Shown in pieces: positions 39,241 to 52,278 of a stretch of DNA of 64,000 nt. A model generated the notes under the pieces. The model was not told the origin of the DNA and made no database searches. It worked only from the letters and a program-made list of their open reading frames with translations. The stretch is from an uncultured Chloroflexia bacterium (GTDB taxonomy: Bacteria; Chloroflexota; Chloroflexia; QHBQ01; JADMIH01): positions 416,001-480,000 of the forward strand of contig CAWCNY010000003.1 of NCBI GenBank assembly GCA_963797095.1, in the 5' to 3' direction. The translations under genes were made by a program, and so were the position numbers. Every line of letters begins with the position of its first letter. Position 1 is the stretch's first letter.

Positions 39241-40167
39241 ATGAACAGAATAGACCGCCTCACGGCCATTCTCCTGATGCTGCAGGAGAAACCCAGGACA
39301 TCGGAGCAGATAGCAGGGCATTTCGAAGTATCGAAGCGCACCATCCTGCGCGACATGGCCGCCCTCTACGAGATCGGGGTACCTATCATCTCGCGAGAGG
39401 GCGCGGGCGGAGGATATTCGCTCTCTCCACAGTACCGGATCGCATCACCGCCTCTTACCACCCAGGAAGCCTACCTACTCTTGCTATCATTGAGCGCCGT
39501 CAGCCGCCTCAGAAGCGCACCCTTCGCCAGCAAGCGCACATCCTTGCTCGCAAAGATACGCTCAACCTTGCCCCCGCAGCAACTTCAGGACGTTGATCGA
39601 CTTCTGTCGATCTCAAGCCTCGCCATGCCCAGGCGTGAGCAAGGCACACCCTTTCTAGATCCGTTGATGAAAGCCGCCGCCGAGCGCCAATGGGTGCGCG
39701 TTACATACCGGTCTGCCCGGCGCCTATCCACCCAACACCTGCTCCCCACATCCCTATCATCTCAAAACGGCTTCTGGTACTGCCGCGCCTACTCCCACGA
39801 ACGCCACGAAGAGCGCAACTACCGCGTAGACCGTATTCAATCCCTTGAACCCGCACAGCAAGGTTTCAGCCCCGGCGTCCTTCCCCAGCGTCCCTACGAC
39901 GATCCCCAACACCCCCAGGTGGTCGCCGCCCTCACCGCGGGTGGCGTTCTCCACATGGAAACCGAGCCTGACATAGGCCATCTCGTCCAGAGAGTGGAAG
40001 ATGGCACAGGCAAGCTAGAATTCCGCTGCCCGCCCGGCGAGCTTGCCTACTTTGCCCGCTTCTTCGCCGGACTCGGCCCCGAAGCCGAAGTCATCGCCCC
40101 CGAAGAACTACGCCTGGCCCTCGCAGAACTCGGCCAACAATTGATCGAGAAATACCAGAAACGATGA
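39241..40167 (+). CDS. YafY-like HTH-WYL regulator
   Basis: MNRIDRL, FEVSKRTILRD, G.GGGYSL, WYC.AY, YRVDRI. Confidence 0.92.
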   Translation: MNRIDRLTAILLMLQEKPRTSEQIAGHFEVSKRTILRDMAALYEIGVPIISREGAGGGYSLSPQYRIASPPLTTQEAYLLLLSLSAVSRLRSAPFASKRTSLLAKIRSTLPPQQLQDVDRLLSISSLAMPRREQGTPFLDPLMKAAAERQWVRVTYRSARRLSTQHLLPTSLSSQNGFWYCRAYSHERHEERNYRVDRIQSLEPAQQGFSPGVLPQRPYDDPQHPQVVAALTAGGVLHMETEPDIGHLVQRVEDGTGKLEFRCPPGELAYFARFFAGLGPEAEVIAPEELRLALAELGQQLIEKYQKR

Positions 40168-40198
40168 CATAACGCTGTCACCATTGCCATGCTATAAT
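40165..40198 (+). promoter_or_regulatory. WYL-regulator-type operator with extended -10
   Basis: TGACA-N6-TGTCA overlapping the stop codon; TGCTATAAT downstream. Confidence 0.55.
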
Positions 40199-40299
40199 GG
40201 CACCAGGATAAGAACATACGTGCTGTATAGAGAAGGCAAGATTGACACTCCCAGATCCGAGAACAGCCTGAAAAGGCAAATCTCCCAGGCAAAAGAGGT

Positions 40300-40412
40300 T
40301 GTCATCCTGAACGAAGTGAAGGAGCTCGCTCTCCAAGATCACGCTTCGAATATGTACATGGCCCAAAAATACGCCTGAGAATCGAGATCCTTCCACCTCA
40401 TTCAGGGTGACA
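40300..40412. repeat. REP-like hairpin element
   Basis: TGTCATCCTGAACGAAGTGAAGGAGCTC ... GAGATCCTTCCACCTCATTCAGGGTGACA. Confidence 0.6.
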
Positions 40413-40662
40413 GACGGAACGGGAAGGCCCCTGCCATCTTTTTCGTAAGCATAGCGCCGAATACTCCGCCACTAGAAATCACCCGAAAGTACACCCAAAA
40501 CCTGTCCAGTTTTGTCTTACCAATGCCTTATAGTATATAAGGGGAGGTCCATCCAGATAACAAGAAAGGCTACCAAAAACCCGCAAAAAAACTTTAGACC
40601 AAAGTACACATCCACACTCGCGACCCTGATCCCCAGAACGCTAACCAACAAAGGAGAAGAAC

Positions 40663-41046
40663 ATGGCACACATAGACATGATCGGCCTGACAGTACGCGA
40701 TATGGCATCATCCCTCGCCTTCTACGGGCTCCTGGGCCTAGCCATACCCGAAGGCGTCGAAGGTGAAGACTTCGTAGAAGTGATCACCCCCAATGGCTAC
40801 CGTATCTCCTGGAATAGCCTCGAAATGGTCAAAGGCCTGGACCCCGACTGGGTAGAACCGGTTGGACAGCGCATAGGCCTCGCCTTCAAATGCGATAGCC
40901 CTTCCGAAGTAGACAAGCTCTACAACCGGCTCATCGATGAGGGCCACACGGGCCACAAAGAACCCTGGGACGCCTTCTGGGGCCAGCGCTATGCCGTAGT
41001 AGAGGACCCCGACGGCAACAACGTAGACCTCTTCGCCACCCTCTAG
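40663..41046 (+). CDS. VOC/glyoxalase family protein
   Basis: V.DM..SLAFY..LG, PWDAFWGQRYAVVEDPDGN.VDL. Confidence 0.88.
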   Translation: MAHIDMIGLTVRDMASSLAFYGLLGLAIPEGVEGEDFVEVITPNGYRISWNSLEMVKGLDPDWVEPVGQRIGLAFKCDSPSEVDKLYNRLIDEGHTGHKEPWDAFWGQRYAVVEDPDGNNVDLFATL

Positions 41047-41069
41047 CGAAACCGTTTTCTAAAATACGG

Positions 41070-41420
41070 CGTGCAGGCGGAACTGCCTGCCGGGGGTTCA
41101 GTGAGTCTCCCAACTCTATCCCAGTTATCGACCTAAAAGGGGGTGAAGCGGTACTCCCCCTGACAGGGCGAGTGATGGGGGCAGTGGGGCGTCCTCTCTT
41201 TTCTAGCCACCAAAGCACAAAGGGGGGTGCAGGGGTACTCCCCTGACAGGAGAGTGATGGGGCAGTGGGGTGTCCCCAACCCTTCCTTTACACTCCATCA
41301 ATAAGGGGGGGCAGGCGGAACTGCCTGCCGGGGGGTTTGGGGGTGTCCCCCTAACTCTCATCTCCTTTTTAGACCCCCTCTCCCCATAAAATGGGGAGAG
41401 GGGCCGGGAGGGAGGGGTCT
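41070..41420. repeat. G/C-tract REP-like repeat cluster
   Basis: GCAGGCGGAACTGCCTGCCGGGG twice; GTACTCCCC..TGACAGG..GAGTGATGGGG..CAGTGGGG twice; CCCTCTCCCC/GGGGAGAGGG hairpin. Confidence 0.65.
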
Positions 41421-41561
41421 TGACATGCCTATTACTCCCCGTAAACCAGAATCCCAATTCCAAGCACAGAAAGAGCCTGGGCATAACCGCTGTGCACAGG
41501 CACATTTCCATGATAAAATCCTGGGTACACACTCCATACCTCAAAGACCCAGGACCAACCT

Positions 41562-43220
41562 TTGACCTTACAGCGACAGGGCCATATCGTACTCTGCGGC
41601 CTGGATGGGCTTGGCCTGCGCACCCTCGATGAGCTTCGAAAACTAGGCGAAGAAGTCACCGTGGTAGCAGACAACGCCCCCGACGGATTCATCCAGCGCG
41701 CCCAGGCCCTAGGCGCGCTCTTCCTCCATGGCAACTACCGCGACGAAGCCACTCTCAAGAACGCATGCGTCTCCGACGCTCGCGCCCTCGTCGTCACCAC
41801 CGCCGATGATGTAGGCAACATCCACGCGGCCCTCGCCGCCCACGAACTCAACCCCAACATCCGAATCGTCCTGCGCATCTTCAATCAGGACTTCGGCAGG
41901 CGTCTCGAAACCCTCTTCACCAACTGCGAAGTGCTCAGCTCCTCCGCGATTGCCGCCCCTGCCTTCGTATCCGCCGCTCTCCGTCAGGACTGGCAGCAAG
42001 AAGTTACCGTAGGTGGTCGCACCCTTCAAGTCCGTACCCTACGCGCCACCGACCCCGCCACCATCGTACCTATAGCCCGCGTCACAAAGGAGCGTAGAGT
42101 AGAGCTTTTCCCCGCGTCCGGTAACGAAAACCTCCTGTGCCTCACCGAAATGAAAGCCGAGGCACGAGCCGCACCCGGTCCAACCAAACGCAGAAGCAGC
42201 AGGTGGCCGGCAGCCCTCTCCTACTTCAAGATGCTTGCCGACAGCGCTGACCGCAGGCTGGGCTATGCTCTCCTCTTCCTCCTTGCCCTCGGCATTGCCA
42301 GCGTAGCCATCTTTTTCGCCACCAACGACCTCGACCTCGTTGATGCCTTCTATAACGCAACCGCCATCATCATCTCAGGTGGCCTGGGCGACCTCGACCC
42401 CGCATCCGTGCCCCTTCCCCTCAAGTTGTTCGGCACCTTCCTGATGATCATTGGCGCAACTATCCTCACCATCTTTTACGCGCTGGTCACCGATGCCGTG
42501 GTAAGTGTGCGGTTGGACAGGGCATTAGGCCGCTCAAATGTGGACATGAATAACCACGTAGTGGTCTGCGGCCTCGGCAATATCGGCTACCGGGTCGCCA
42601 CCCAATTGCATGCCCTTGGCTACGCCGTAGCCGCCACCGAAAAGAACGAAACCACAGCAGGTATAGACAATGTCCGCCGCCTGGGCATACCTGTGTTGTT
42701 CGCCGACGCTCGCGCTCCCGAAACCCTCCGCGCTCTCAACGTCGCCGAAGCCCGCTCCATAGTCATCGCCACCGACGACGATGCTGCCAACCTCGAAACC
42801 GCCCTCAATGCCCGCGCCATCCAGCCCGGCATCCGCGTGGTCCTGCGCCTCTTCGACCCCGATCTGGCCGCCCGCGTCGAGCGCGCCTTCAGCATCCACA
42901 TCTCACGCAGCGTATCGGCCCTGGCAGGTCCGCGCTTCGCAGCCGCCGCCGTAGCCGAGCGCGTCGCCGCCACTATCCCTATCCCACCACGCGTCCTGAT
43001 CGTCGCCCAGACCGCCGTCGAACCCAGCTGCCAGATCGAAGGCAACACCGTCGCCGACCTCGAAAACGCCTTCGAAGGCCGCATCCTCATGGTGGAACAC
43101 AACGGCAGTCAGACCTGGCGCCCACCCCCAACCACCGTACTCTCCCCAGGCGACGACCTCGCCTTAGTTGCCACGCGCAAAGGGTTAGTAACGGCGCTCG
43201 CGCTTACCGGGGGAAACTAG
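41562..43220 (+). CDS. Potassium channel family protein with two TrkA-N domains and TrkA-C
   Basis: HIVLCGL..LG and HVVVCGLGNIG Rossmann motifs flanking a 2TM pore-like segment (SGGLGD). Confidence 0.85.
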   Translation: MTLQRQGHIVLCGLDGLGLRTLDELRKLGEEVTVVADNAPDGFIQRAQALGALFLHGNYRDEATLKNACVSDARALVVTTADDVGNIHAALAAHELNPNIRIVLRIFNQDFGRRLETLFTNCEVLSSSAIAAPAFVSAALRQDWQQEVTVGGRTLQVRTLRATDPATIVPIARVTKERRVELFPASGNENLLCLTEMKAEARAAPGPTKRRSSRWPAALSYFKMLADSADRRLGYALLFLLALGIASVAIFFATNDLDLVDAFYNATAIIISGGLGDLDPASVPLPLKLFGTFLMIIGATILTIFYALVTDAVVSVRLDRALGRSNVDMNNHVVVCGLGNIGYRVATQLHALGYAVAATEKNETTAGIDNVRRLGIPVLFADARAPETLRALNVAEARSIVIATDDDAANLETALNARAIQPGIRVVLRLFDPDLAARVERAFSIHISRSVSALAGPRFAAAAVAERVAATIPIPPRVLIVAQTAVEPSCQIEGNTVADLENAFEGRILMVEHNGSQTWRPPPTTVLSPGDDLALVATRKGLVTALALTGGN

Positions 43221-43251
43221 GTCGCTCACCTGGAACCGGCAACCGAGCAAA

Positions 43252-45516
43252 CTACTCGTGCGGGTCAACCCGCCCGTAGCTTGTCAAATACTTGCGGTAC
43301 TTATTAGGCAACGCCGACAGCGGCACCGCAATATCTGCGCCCTCGCTGGAAGCTTGGGCGAGTAGAAATGCCTGCGAATCCATAGCAATTCCACCTTCAG
43401 GTGGCTGTAGCCGCACGTAGCTCCCATCGGGCTGCAATACCCGGGCCTTCACATTGTCGCGCAGATACGTAGCCAACACCTCGTTGATCACATGGCTTCG
43501 GATCCCCTCGTCCTCCACGGGGAAGAGTGTTTCGACTCGGTTATCCAGGTTGCGCGGCATCATATCGGCGCTCCCCATCAACAATTCCTCTTTGCCCCCA
43601 TTCCTGAAGTAAAAGATCCTGCTGTGCTCCAGAAACCGCCCGATGATGCTGATCACCCGTATGTTCTCGCTCACCTTGGGAACCCCTGGCCTCAGACAGC
43701 AGATCCCGCGCACCAGCAAGTCCACCTGCACCCCCGCCCCCGAAGCCCTGTAAAGCGCCTCAATCGTAGCCGGGTCTACAAGCGCGTTCATTTTGAAGAT
43801 CAGCCTGCCCCCTCCGTTCTCCCTGTGCTGCTTGATCTCCCTCTCGATCAGCGCCAGCACTCCCGCCCTCAACGTGATAGGCGCTACCAACAATTTCCTG
43901 TATCGTGTCTGCTTGCTGTACCCCGTCAGGTAATTGAACAGCTCCGATACATCCGCACCAAAGTCTGGATGGCACGTCAATAACCCGAGGTCTGTGTATC
44001 CCCTTGCGGTCGATGGATTATAGTTCCCCGTGCCCAGGTGCACGTACCTCCTGATCCCCTCTCCTTCTTTGCGCACCACCAGCGCTACCTTACAGTGCGT
44101 CTTCAGCCCGATCAAACCATACGTAACGTGCACACCCGCTTGCTCCAACGCCCTCGCCCACTCAATGTTGTTCTCCTCGTCGAAGCGAGCTTTCAACTCG
44201 ACCAGCACCGCCACCTGCTTGCCCGCCTCCGCCGCCTCCAGCAGCGCCTCTACGATAGGCGAGTGACTTCCCACCCTGTACAGCGTCTGCTTGATAGCCA
44301 GCACGTTCTTGTCATGCGCAGCCGATCTTATGAAATCGACCACAGGTGTAAAAGAATCGAAAGGATGGTGCAGCAGGATGTCCCTGCTGCGGATTGCCTC
44401 GAAAATACCTGAGCCGCCCTGTATATTCCTGAGCGCAGCTGGAATGCGCGGCGTGAATGTTGGGTCCTTCAGGTCGGCGCGATCTATCTTGCTCAACTCC
44501 GACAGATCGCTCAACCCAAGTGGCCCATCCACCACGTACACTTCCTCGTTATCAAGCTCCAGGTTCTTCACCAACAATTCTCGCACCCGCTCCGGCATAT
44601 TCGGGTTGACAAACAAGGCCACAGCCGACCCGAACCGTCGCCTTGAGAGGCTTTCCTCTACTGTCTCTAACAGGTCAGCAGCCTCAAGCTCCTGGATTTC
44701 AAGGTCAGCATCTCTTATTACTCGAAATGGATGCACCTCCAACAACTGCATTTGCGGGAAAAGCGCGTGCAAATTAGCCGTCAAAACCTGCTCTAGCCAC
44801 ACATATACCATTCTGGGGGACTGCGCTTTTCCTTGTACATGCCCGTTGCGGCCCACTCGCCCACCACTAGCTTGAGGCTCAAGGGGCAAAGCCTCTAGCC
44901 TCGGCAACACATTGGGCACCTTCACGCGGGCGAAATGTCGCTGCCCGCTGGGTGTCTGCAACTCCACTGCCAGGTTCAAGCTGAGATTAGAGATATGTGG
45001 GAAAGGGTGCCCAGGGTCGACTGCGAGCGGTGTGCACACAGGAAACACCATCCGCTCGAAATATTCGCGAGCCGCTCGCTTCTGCTCCGGTGTCAACTCC
45101 TCGTAATTTGCGATCTTGATCCCCGCGTTAGCGAGTTCCGGCTTGAGCGTATCACGAAAGAATATCGCCTGCTTCTCGAACAAAGGCACTACCGCGCTTC
45201 TGATTGCCGCCATCTCCTCCACGGGCGTCATCCCATCCGGGCTGCGGTCGCTCACACCTCCCTTTACCTGCTCGCGTATCCCCGACACTCGAATCATGAA
45301 GAATTCGTCCAGCATCGAATGGAAGATCGATAGGAACTTCACCCGCTCCAGCAGTGGATCCTTCTCGTCAAATGCCTCATCCAACACCCGCGCATTGTAC
45401 TGGAGCAGGCTCAATTCCCGGTTGATGTAGAATGCAGGCTTCAGGGCCGGCTGTGATATCGCCAGCACTTCGCTACTTTTCTCTCTCTCATCGACAGCCA
45501 TTACTGTTTCCTCCAC
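43252..45516 (-). CDS. ppk1: Polyphosphate kinase 1
   Basis: NRELS, LDEFFMIRV, HPFPHI, HHPF, ELKARFDEENN, KTHCK, GTGNYN, RFLEHSR. Confidence 0.97.
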   Translation of the reverse strand: MEETVMAVDEREKSSEVLAISQPALKPAFYINRELSLLQYNARVLDEAFDEKDPLLERVKFLSIFHSMLDEFFMIRVSGIREQVKGGVSDRSPDGMTPVEEMAAIRSAVVPLFEKQAIFFRDTLKPELANAGIKIANYEELTPEQKRAAREYFERMVFPVCTPLAVDPGHPFPHISNLSLNLAVELQTPSGQRHFARVKVPNVLPRLEALPLEPQASGGRVGRNGHVQGKAQSPRMVYVWLEQVLTANLHALFPQMQLLEVHPFRVIRDADLEIQELEAADLLETVEESLSRRRFGSAVALFVNPNMPERVRELLVKNLELDNEEVYVVDGPLGLSDLSELSKIDRADLKDPTFTPRIPAALRNIQGGSGIFEAIRSRDILLHHPFDSFTPVVDFIRSAAHDKNVLAIKQTLYRVGSHSPIVEALLEAAEAGKQVAVLVELKARFDEENNIEWARALEQAGVHVTYGLIGLKTHCKVALVVRKEGEGIRRYVHLGTGNYNPSTARGYTDLGLLTCHPDFGADVSELFNYLTGYSKQTRYRKLLVAPITLRAGVLALIEREIKQHRENGGGRLIFKMNALVDPATIEALYRASGAGVQVDLLVRGICCLRPGVPKVSENIRVISIIGRFLEHSRIFYFRNGGKEELLMGSADMMPRNLDNRVETLFPVEDEGIRSHVINEVLATYLRDNVKARVLQPDGSYVRLQPPEGGIAMDSQAFLLAQASSEGADIAVPLSALPNKYRKYLTSYGRVDPHE

Positions 45517-45523
45517 CCTACCC

Positions 45524-46459
45524 TCATCTAGCCCTTGCCAGGGCCAGGATCGCGCCCTCGCGCACCCCGTACGGCGACATAATTAGAGGTGGGTCATCAT
45601 AGCCTCGCATCACCTCGCGCAACACCAGAAGTGCTGGCATCACCAGCGGCGACCGTTCGGGCTTAAGATCATACCTCGCTCCGATATCCGCCGTAGTACG
45701 CCCACGCAACATCGCCAGCATCGTCTCTACCCCATCCTTGGGAAATATCTCGCCCATCTTGAGGTCGAGCAGAGGGGGCGTCCGCCTCAACGTGCCCCCC
45801 ACCCCAAGCACCCCCGTAATGGTGGTGTCGTGCAAGGGCAGGGCAGGTGGGATAGTCTGCGCGAGATAAGTCACAAGCAGTGCTTCTTCCAGATAGGTCG
45901 GTGGGTCGCTCGGCAAGAACTGGCCTGCCACCCGCGACGCTCCCAGAGGCAGCGACACACTGTCCCACACTTCGCCGTTCTGCCCGACAGCCACCTGCAT
46001 ACTCCCGCCGCCTATATCGACCATCACCTGCGGCCCCACACTTGGACACGCCACATCCGCCCCCAGGAACGCGAACTCGGCCTCCTGCTCCGGCGACAAA
46101 ATATCCACCGGTACTTCCAGTCTACTCTCGATCTCTTTTACAACGTTATCGCGATTTGATGCAGTGCGGATCGCCTGCGTCGCAAGCAGATGTATCTCGG
46201 ATGCTCTCTCTTTGAGAGCCTGGTCGCGAAACTTCCTGAGGGTCTCCACCAATACCTCTAGCTTCTGATCAGACAGAGCACCCGCGTAATCTACATCTGC
46301 GCCCAGGCGCAAGCCCTCGCTCACATCCACCAGCGGGTCCACGTGGCGTCCGTTGGTCCTGGCGACCAACAGATGCACAGTATTGCTCCCGATATCCACC
46401 ACCCCAAGCGTCTTCTCGCGCACGGCTGCTCCCGACTGCCTGGAGGCTCTTCTGCTCAT
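45524..46459 (-). CDS. ppx: Ppx/GppA family phosphatase
   Basis: DIGSNT, AT.AIR, EA, DIGGGS, GVGGT, GVREG; start uncertain (ORF track gives 46549). Confidence 0.85.
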   Translation of the reverse strand: MSRRASRQSGAAVREKTLGVVDIGSNTVHLLVARTNGRHVDPLVDVSEGLRLGADVDYAGALSDQKLEVLVETLRKFRDQALKERASEIHLLATQAIRTASNRDNVVKEIESRLEVPVDILSPEQEAEFAFLGADVACPSVGPQVMVDIGGGSMQVAVGQNGEVWDSVSLPLGASRVAGQFLPSDPPTYLEEALLVTYLAQTIPPALPLHDTTITGVLGVGGTLRRTPPLLDLKMGEIFPKDGVETMLAMLRGRTTADIGARYDLKPERSPLVMPALLVLREVMRGYDDPPLIMSPYGVREGAILALARAR

Positions 46460-46587
46460 CTCTAGCAATACGCCAGGCTCTCGATACAATTTTACCATAC
46501 GCCCCCCGAACCCTATCATGAGATATGCCGAAATCCGTTGCGCCCACACTGCCGCAACGGATCCCAGCGTTCCATTGTACCTAGCAA

Positions 46588-47016
46588 CTAATCAGTGCTA
46601 TCGTCACCAAACTCCGTTTCGCCGGGCATATCGCCCGCCTCTTCCCCGGATTCGTCATCGCTAGCCTCTGCATCGTCCTCTTCATCATCCTCTTCGTCTT
46701 CTTCGTCACTATCATCCGCGTCTTCTTCGTCATCTGCTTCATCATCGCTATCTTCCAACGAGTCCCCGCTGTCGGTATCTTCCGCAGCCTCGTCAGCCTC
46801 ATCCGCCCCCATATCGATATCGTCACCAGCGTCAGCCGCTTCCCCCATATCACCTTCATCTTCCTCGGCACCGGCATCGCCCATATCCTCTCCGGCTTCC
46901 ATAGCTTCGGGGGCGGCACTCTCGATTGTTGCCACATCTTCCGGCTGTTCGCCATCAGAGCCCGGGCCCGGCTTATCAGCATCCACGATTTCCGCATCCA
47001 GGGTCGTAGCGTTCAT
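46588..47016 (-). CDS. Highly acidic low-complexity protein
   Basis: AAGGAGAGG RBS before the ATG at 47016; D/E-rich; co-oriented between sixA and ppx. Confidence 0.65.
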   Translation of the reverse strand: MNATTLDAEIVDADKPGPGSDGEQPEDVATIESAAPEAMEAGEDMGDAGAEEDEGDMGEAADAGDDIDMGADEADEAAEDTDSGDSLEDSDDEADDEEDADDSDEEDEEDDEEDDAEASDDESGEEAGDMPGETEFGDDSTD

Positions 47017-47133
47017 CCCGCACCTCTCCTTAAGCATTATTAGTGCCTTTACAAAGCCACTACCTCCATGATAAGAGAGACTTGTTAGCCAGTGATTAAC
47101 ATCTTTGGAACGATTGTTAAAGCTCTCTGTTTC

Positions 47134-47625
47134 TCAATCTTTGGGCGAATGCACCCTCACCAACTTGCCCTTGCCTGGCCGTACATCACGCCAGCGCGCC
47201 ACGTCGAACTCTAGATGTGCGAACCCCGCCGTCGGCAGGCGCACCGACCCGGCATCTTCTTCGGCAAGCTCTGCACTCAGATCCTCGAATCCGGGATTAT
47301 GACCGACCAGCACCACACTCTCCGCCGCATCAGGCAGCCCACGCACCACCTTCACCAGAGCATCCAACCCCGCCCCATAAATCTTGGGTTCCAATTTGAT
47401 CTCGCCGCCATACCCAAATGCTTCCGATGCAATCTCGGCTGTCTCTCGCGCCCTCACCGCATCCGACGACACCACCAACCCCGGTTCACCCAGTTTGCCT
47501 ATCAGCTTGCCCATCGCCTCGGCATCGCGCCTGCCGCGTTTGGTCAGCGCCCTGGCCCGGTCCCCTGCTATGGTCGGCGCGTAATCTCCCGCCTTCCCAT
47601 GTCTTAAGACAAACAATGTCTTCAT
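47134..47625 (-). CDS. sixA: Phosphohistidine phosphatase SixA
   Basis: LRHGKA, R.LT.RG, SS.A.RA.ETA, VGHNP. Confidence 0.9.
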   Translation of the reverse strand: MKTLFVLRHGKAGDYAPTIAGDRARALTKRGRRDAEAMGKLIGKLGEPGLVVSSDAVRARETAEIASEAFGYGGEIKLEPKIYGAGLDALVKVVRGLPDAAESVVLVGHNPGFEDLSAELAEEDAGSVRLPTAGFAHLEFDVARWRDVRPGKGKLVRVHSPKD

Positions 47626-47781
47626 CCCCTCACCTCCTCGACGATGTGCAGATCAGGTGCGTAAGAAGAATAAAGCACTCAATCCAGGCTCACCTTCCGC
47701 ACTCATACCTACTATATTACAGTGGAAACCCCTCAAGCCCTATTCTGAACTGTCCACTTTATCGGAGCCGCTCCGAATTCC

Positions 47782-47810
47782 TTGACAAAGGCCTGAGGCT
47801 TTAGTATACT
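47782..47810 (+). promoter_or_regulatory. rRNA promoter
   Basis: TTGACA-N17-TATACT about 575 nt upstream of 23S. Confidence 0.75.
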
Positions 47811-48384
47811 TAGTGTTGCGCCTGAGAAAATGGTGCAAAGAAAGAGCAAAGCATGCACATAGTTGAGGCCACAACCAGATAGGCCATCTCGCATACCAAC
47901 AGCCGCCAAGGCTTGAGGCGCGAGTGCCCAAGCCTCTTTTGTTGCCATTCGACCACATCTGCAAGCTCACTAAACACCAAAATACAAAATAAGCCGCAAC
48001 GACTTCCGCTCCTCGCCCTGCACAAGGTCGAAGACTGGCAGTGACAAGGCTGACAGGCTCCCACGGCCAACCGGTAACTGACAATTAGCGCTAGCAACAA
48101 CTAGCAACCAGGAACCAGGAACCGCCCGCAAGAGTGAGCACCTAAGGGTGCCAGCACCTTACCAAGAGAATAGCAAGCAACGAAGAAAAGCAAAATTGGG
48201 ATACAATTTCGCACACGTAGTTCGTGGAAACACGCACTACATTCAATCGATCACCGACCGAGTGTGAATTGTGACCACATCAAGCGCTACATAAAACTGC
48301 TTGTTGACCGCTTGCATCGCTCCTTCCACTCCCACAGCCCTAGGCTCGTGATGAGAGGGGGGAGGCCGAACGTAAGATAGGTTA

Positions 48385-51575
<3,191 letters not shown>

Positions 51576-51853
51576 CCCCCTATTTTACTTCTGCTTCCCC
51601 CCTCTCCTCATAGCCATATCGTATATGCAATCCGCCATATATGAAGGCAGATGAGAGCAAGAAGCAATGCAAATAGAGGAAAACAAGCAGGTTTTATAGC
51701 GACTTGTGGTCACACACCGCAGGTCAGTGATTGAAAGAACGTGCGACTAAATCAGTTTTGCTTCTCAACTCGTAAGCGTACCCTCGTCGGTCGTCATTCG
51801 CCCTTCGTCCGTACCACGCTTGCTATTCAACTCTTGTAAGCAAGAGGGGATTT

Positions 51854-51971
51854 GTTCCGTGGTCAGAGCGTACTGGACCCACCCAGCCCCATCCCGAACC
51901 TGGAAGTGAAACAGTACAGCGCCGATGATACTTCAGCTACCCGGCTGTGGGAAAGTAGGCCATTGCGGAGC
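51854..51971 (+). rRNA. rrf: 5S rRNA
   Basis: CCCATCCCGAAC, GAAGTGAAAC, GCGCCGATGATACT, GGGAAAGTAGG; paired ends. Confidence 0.95.
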
Positions 51972-52278
51972 AATCCCCTCTTTCTTTTTGCCTGCTGCAA
52001 CTTTCTCAAGCGCAATTTCCAGAGCAGTACGCCCTCACCCCAATATTAGTATTGCAATTTGCATCGAGCAAGTGTTATGCTCTTAGCACCAGCCATTGCT
52101 TGCGAAGGCTGGTTCGAGTCTTTTCTCTATCAAACACTGGAACTTCACAATCATACACTCCTGAACTCCGTATTCTCCAAGATGGTAGACATTGGTGGTC
52201 TTCACCTGATGTTGCCATGCAGGATCGTGCACCATCCGCAGGCACGCGCCGAAAGAGCAGAGTACATCACAAAGGAGG

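Noticed and set aside
37045-41420. CRISPR array in the intergenic repeat clusters
   Set aside because: Repeats are degenerate and irregularly spaced, with no constant-length unique spacers and no cas genes
46595-47071. Ser-rich plus-strand ORF
   Set aside because: Antisense shadow of the acidic ORF, which has the RBS and matches operon orientation
47820-48384. tRNA or 16S remnant in the rRNA leader
   Set aside because: No cloverleaf, T-loop or 16S signature seen; much of it pairs with the 23S-5S spacer
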